A stretch of 64,000 nt of DNA from the NCBI GenBank assembly GCA_964016885.1, contig OZ024749.1, positions 3,286,001-3,350,000 on the forward strand. Direction: 5' to 3'. The first letter of the stretch is position 1. Each line of letters starts with the position of its first letter. The notes under the pieces are model-generated. The model had not been told where the DNA came from and ran no database searches. It was given only the letters and a program-made list of their open reading frames with translations. This DNA comes from Eledone cirrhosa. Taxonomy: Eukaryota. Made by a program: the position numbers and the translations under genes. Positions 58,526 to 64,000 of this stretch are shown here, in pieces.

Positions 58526-60110
58526 TGAATATCACCATCACCATTATCTCCAGCATCAAAATTCATCTTGATCATGTTACGCGTATTTCCATCCTGGGAT
58601 GGAGTTAATTGTTATAAGTATCGATGACTGGATATATCAAAGAACAACCTCTGACCCATTCATTCCATACTCTGGCCTACTTTATAAAGCCGGATGCCTT
58701 TCTTATCATTTTACTGATTGTACTATGTACATTTTATTGTGACACCAAACTATAGCAATATAGATAGTTCTGCGTATATTATTTCGTAACAACTGCGGAG
58801 GTTGTCCTGTACTAAAGTGTCTTATGTATTCAAAAATGTCTTCGCTCTATCGTCAATCACTTTGGTTTTGTTTTATCTTGGCACAAGCATTGCAGATACT
58901 CACCTGTTCTTGAGCACCTTAAAGGTTTCTCTCTACTTTACGAAATATGCAAACCTTCTTCATTTGCCAGTTAAAGTAACGCATATTTATACGAATGCTA
59001 GGAACATTATGTTATTGAACTAGTAAATGTGTTAGAAAAAGCAAGGACTCTCCTGTATTTTCTGTTCAAATGTCAATGAGGATTGATTTCGTATCATATC
59101 ATTGAGTGCAAAAAATACCCATTTAATTACTGATATCCATTAGATCGTTTACGTCACTTCCGCACAATTTATAGTTTCGTGTAAAATTTAACGGAAATAT
59201 TTCATGTAATTAGCAGAGTCACTTAAAGGAAAATGTGATTTTCCAAAGCCCTAAAAGTGTAACGTCAGAAATATTCCAGAGTGTGCATTAACAAGCCAAT
59301 AAGAAAAGATAAACAGGGAGCTTTGTCAGGAGTGACGTCATTCATACGAACCAATCGAATTGATCAATGCAGAAATATCAATTAACTAATCATGGCATCT
59401 TAATGGAAGTACATTTGATGTATAAGATATTCCATGTTAAAATCTACATCATGGAGATTAAATTCATTGTCAGTGAATTAGGCACGATTTAAGAAACTTG
59501 TAAAGGTTGATATCTGAAATAAGGCCACACAGTCAGTTAAGTGATTCTAATATCGCATCTTCTTAGCTGCGCATCATATGTATTCCTCCATCTATCAAAC
59601 ATGACATGTGCATTAAACATTTATGGGAAAATAAACAAATGTATCACAAACCACAAATGTACATGACATACATATACACATTTATCATGAATATAAGAAA
59701 GAATGTATGTATGAGGGTTGGATATAATATGTCACAGTTTTACACCTAGTAAGCGGTAATCGTGTATTTCGTGTATTGGGGTATAACGTGTCATTGGTTA
59801 TGTGATATAAATCTTTCTGTAGATACGAGCAAACCATGATACGCCTACTATGTATATATATATATATATATATATAGTAATAATAATAAATTTGAAGACT
59901 AAAATCCAAAGAGGGCTCGATAAGGATAAATATATATCAAATATAAAAGAACCATAGAGCAAATATTTATTAAAATAACAGATTAAAGTTTAAGCAAAGA
60001 ATCGCTGCTTTCACCCTTAACGGGATCTTCTGAAAGCAGCGATTCTTTGCTTAAACTTTAATCTGTTATTTTAATAAATAAATATATATATATACATATA
60101 TATATAATAC

Positions 60111-60160
<50 letters not shown>

Positions 60161-60539
60161 CATATGTATATATATATATATATATTTTGTTTCTGAATTT
60201 GTTTAGCAAGATTCTTTATCTGAAATCGTGTGTTGAAACCGATATTGTTATACTTTGGGAGGGTCATGTTGCCAATAAGAAACACACGCACCAGTTGCTT
60301 TCACTTCAATTTATTATATATTTATAAATTTATAAATTTACAAATCTACAAACCTATAAATTTCTGGTTGGTTGGTTGGTAAATAAATAAATAAATAAAC
60401 AAATAGATAAATGAACACAAACACACACAAAAATCCCGGATGTGGCGCATGCGCAAACTGAGCACACAACACACACACAGAAACAAAATGGCGTAGGACG
60501 GAAGAAAGGAAAGGCACAGAAACAAAGAAAGGAATCCCC

Positions 60540-60584
60540 AGTCACTGAAGAGGTCACAGAGTGTGTGACGAAAGGACTATGACT
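60540..60584 (+). ncRNA. Minimal type I hammerhead
   Basis: AGTCA-CTGAAGA-g-GTCACA(gagtg)TGTGAC-GAAA-G(ga)C-TA-TGACT. Confidence 0.82.
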
Positions 60585-60742
60585 ATATATAAACAACTAT
60601 CTGGTTGTGGAACCAACCAACCAACCAGAAATTTATAGGTTTGTAGATTTGTAAATTTATAAATTTATAAATATATAATAAATTGAAGTGAAAGCAACTG
60701 GTGCGTGTGTTTCTTATTGGCAACATGACCCTCCCAAAGTAT

Positions 60743-60747
<5 letters not shown>

Positions 60748-60780
<33 letters not shown>

Positions 60781-60781
60781 C

Positions 60782-60812
<31 letters not shown>

Positions 60813-60816
60813 ATAC

Positions 60817-60874
<58 letters not shown>

Positions 60875-60875
60875 C

Positions 60876-60927
<52 letters not shown>

Positions 60928-60928
60928 C

Positions 60929-60976
<48 letters not shown>

Positions 60977-60977
60977 C

Positions 60978-61017
<40 letters not shown>

Positions 61018-61018
61018 C

Positions 61019-61066
<48 letters not shown>

Positions 61067-61067
61067 C

Positions 61068-61098
<31 letters not shown>

Positions 61099-61102
61099 AT
61101 AC

Positions 61103-61176
<74 letters not shown>

Positions 61177-61185
61177 CATATGTAT

Positions 61186-61246
<61 letters not shown>

Positions 61247-61250
61247 TCAT
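60748..61250. repeat. (TA)n array with TAATACATATG variant unit
   Basis: Direct reading. Confidence 0.93.
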
Positions 61251-61709
61251 CAAGATTTAGCAAATAAGAAATAGTTTCAAAATAAATTTTAAAAAATTTA
61301 CTTTACTCACTATGGTTACCTTTACCGAATCGGTTTCGAGTCTCAAAAATAAATGGACAGTCCTTAGGGCATCCATTGCAAAGAAAAACTCTCGTTAGAA
61401 GGATCTTTTCACTCGGAGAATATAAAATTACGAAGTTCAAATTACAAACTGGCGCTATTCAAAATTGTTCCCGAGATGAGAGTAAATGATGTGGGAGCAA
61501 TTCCTTCAAGTGCCGTGTGTAAAGATAGAAGCAAAGGCAGGGAGGTCAATCTAATACCACTATAACCAGCAGCAGTCAGAACGACAAAATGTTTTTTTTT
61601 CTCGACCAAGAGGAGAATAATAATAAAGTATATATCCCTACACGCATAAAGCGCATAGAGACACAGGTATTGTCCAACCATATGCCAATGTGGTTCAATA
61701 TACACACAC

Positions 61710-61740
<31 letters not shown>

Positions 61741-62476
61741 TATATATATAGAGAGGATAAACCTTATTTTGTTGTATGTATAGTTTGTGCTTTCGGTCGG
61801 TTCTCTTGGGGTCACATTTTATAACAACGGTGTTTAATTCTGGACTTAATGTTGGTTTTTAAATTTCAACGCATTGAGTGCCTCAAAACGAATCGAATTG
61901 TACACAGATCTACTGCTGCTAAAGTTCGATTTACAAATATGATATATATATACATATATATATATATTTGTTTTAAAACCTGTTAGTTTTTTCATTACTT
62001 TGGTATTGTGTATTAGGTTTTGCCTACCACAATGTTCAATTTGTCAAGCTATTTAAACGTATGTTTAAATAGGGACATCCGCTTATCGAGTGCTTTGCCA
62101 ACTCATTCATATTGTAGCTCGAATTTGCTTGCTCACAGCCACAGATTCGATTTTACTAAGCCTCCACTTATATATATATATATATGTGTGTGTGGGTGTG
62201 TGTGTGCTTGTGTGTGTGTAAGTATTTACCGATACGGTCAAACATACCGTTTTTTTTGTCGATTAACCGCCTCTAATGATGCTGGAGTCGCATACATGGC
62301 ATCCACAGGAGACTTTAAGACTATCATTTATGAAATATACGTGATATGTCGATAATAATATACACGAAAATTCATCGCTTCCGCCCAATATATATACTCT
62401 GTATGCACATCGAGTCTTCATATTGGTACCACCACCGCCAATAGTAATTCACTGATTCACACACACCCACACACAC

Positions 62477-62521
<45 letters not shown>

Positions 62522-62538
62522 AGAACCCTGTTCTATAT

Positions 62539-62583
<45 letters not shown>

Positions 62584-62925
62584 GTTATCCCCGGATGAAA
62601 TGTGGCAGTACATATATACACTGATGAATGTATGTCATTATATGTCCATATATCGCTTGCATAATGTGTCTGTGTCTATTGCCATTTTTCACATGAAAAT
62701 TAAGAACACTAAACGCTAATTTCATCCACCTGAAATGTTATCGAATATTATATTTTAAACACTACTTTTCGCCCACCATGTTACAAAGGAAGACAAAAAA
62801 TGCTCAAGCTATGAATCTATTGTTTGCATAAAATATTGAATATATCTGCCATATATAAGTACATAAAGTCGATATTTTATGTTGTTGTTTTTCTGTGTAC
62901 TCAAGTGCTTCTTTTTACAGCTAAT

Positions 62926-63227
62926 AGTTGTTTCTACTATTGGCACAAGGCCAGCAATTATCCAGTATATTAGTGGTACTTTATTTTATCGACCCCGTAA
63001 GGATGAAAGGCAAAGTTAACCTCGGCGGGATTTGAACTTATGGTTTCTTATATATGCACAAGACCAGCAATTTTGGGGCAGGGGAAAGTCGATTAAATCG
63101 GCCCCACTACGTTATTTTATCGATCCGGTAAGCATGAAAGGCAACGTTAAACACGGCGGGATTTGAACTCAGAATTCTCAGCCGCGAAGCATATCCGACG
63201 CTCTACTGATACTGCCAATCCACCGCA
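62926..63227 (-). mobile_element. Two tandem Nin-type SINEs
   Basis: Copies at 62926-63039 and 63042-63227, flanked by ACAGCTAATAG on both sides. Confidence 0.82.
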
Positions 63228-64000
63228 CTTTTCACAGCTAATAGGAAATGTAGTAATATGTACATTAGATTTGTAAGTTTGATACTATACAGTATTCCTA
63301 CCTTGAATATGTATCTTAAATATAGACTGTGTGATTTTAACTGCTATAGGATAATTAGAAATATATTTCTGTCCTATGCTAAGTTATTAACTAATTATTT
63401 TTGGATATATAAATAGCTCAATTAAATAGATACTCCCACATATAATAAAATAGCAGACAAATATATTAAGTAGTTTGTTTCAATGAGATGGATGATGGCA
63501 AGCCCTCCTAAATACGTTTATAAGTTACGTCATAAACAATACAATGATGGTTTGGATAATGCATCTACCTACACTCGGTTTTAGTAATATCCCTATAAAC
63601 ACAGTTATCATCCTTGGAAATACAGCTAATTCCACATCAAAGCACATAATTCCTTCTTGAAAAAATAGAATGAAAACCATATATAGAATGGTGAAAAACT
63701 GACACATATTTGATCAATCGCTTATTAAATTTTCAATTGTATTCCAATATCAATAGAGTAAATATTGCTTTCCATCTTTTTGTTTTAGATATAATGAAGC
63801 TTAAAGGAAATGGATGTAATACCATTCTTTATAAGGGTGTAATTTATAGCAGATATAGAGATGCTTGTGATCATATAGCTACTCTCACACGAGCACACTT
63901 TCTTTCTAGATATTTTTACACCAATACGTCAACAGTAAGATCAGCGTTCAATGTGCGATATTTTAGTGGGGGTATTTTACATTATTGATTAACGTAAAAA

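Noticed and set aside
61300-61600. Possible host exon in complex sequence
   Set aside because: No recognisable protein motif and no matched acceptor/donor pair.

Overview
AT-rich, microsatellite-dense animal DNA made almost entirely of repeats. No host gene can be supported. The SINE content and extreme (TA)n load suggest a cephalopod such as Octopus (inference). Main contents: a full-length minus-strand L1/Tx1-type LINE (~52.5-58.35 kb) with an intact ORF2 and a one-base-shifted ORF1; a decayed, internally deleted Helitron RepHel plus non-autonomous Helitrons; a 5'-truncated Penelope-like element with a GIY-YIG remnant; several RTE 3' ends; about 15 tRNA-derived Nin-type SINE copies; CORE-like SINEs; hAT-type MITEs; and a 200-N gap. 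The notable signal is a dense set of short (TA)n-embedded, often fold-back elements carrying hammerhead ribozyme (HHR) motifs from at least seven families. Some have non-canonical cores (U3-A8, A4). Two families place the three hammerhead strands in a reversed, non-cyclic order, with different but complementary stem sequences. All RNA structures were read by eye; no activity is shown. Nearly all short ORFs in the track are microsatellite artefacts.
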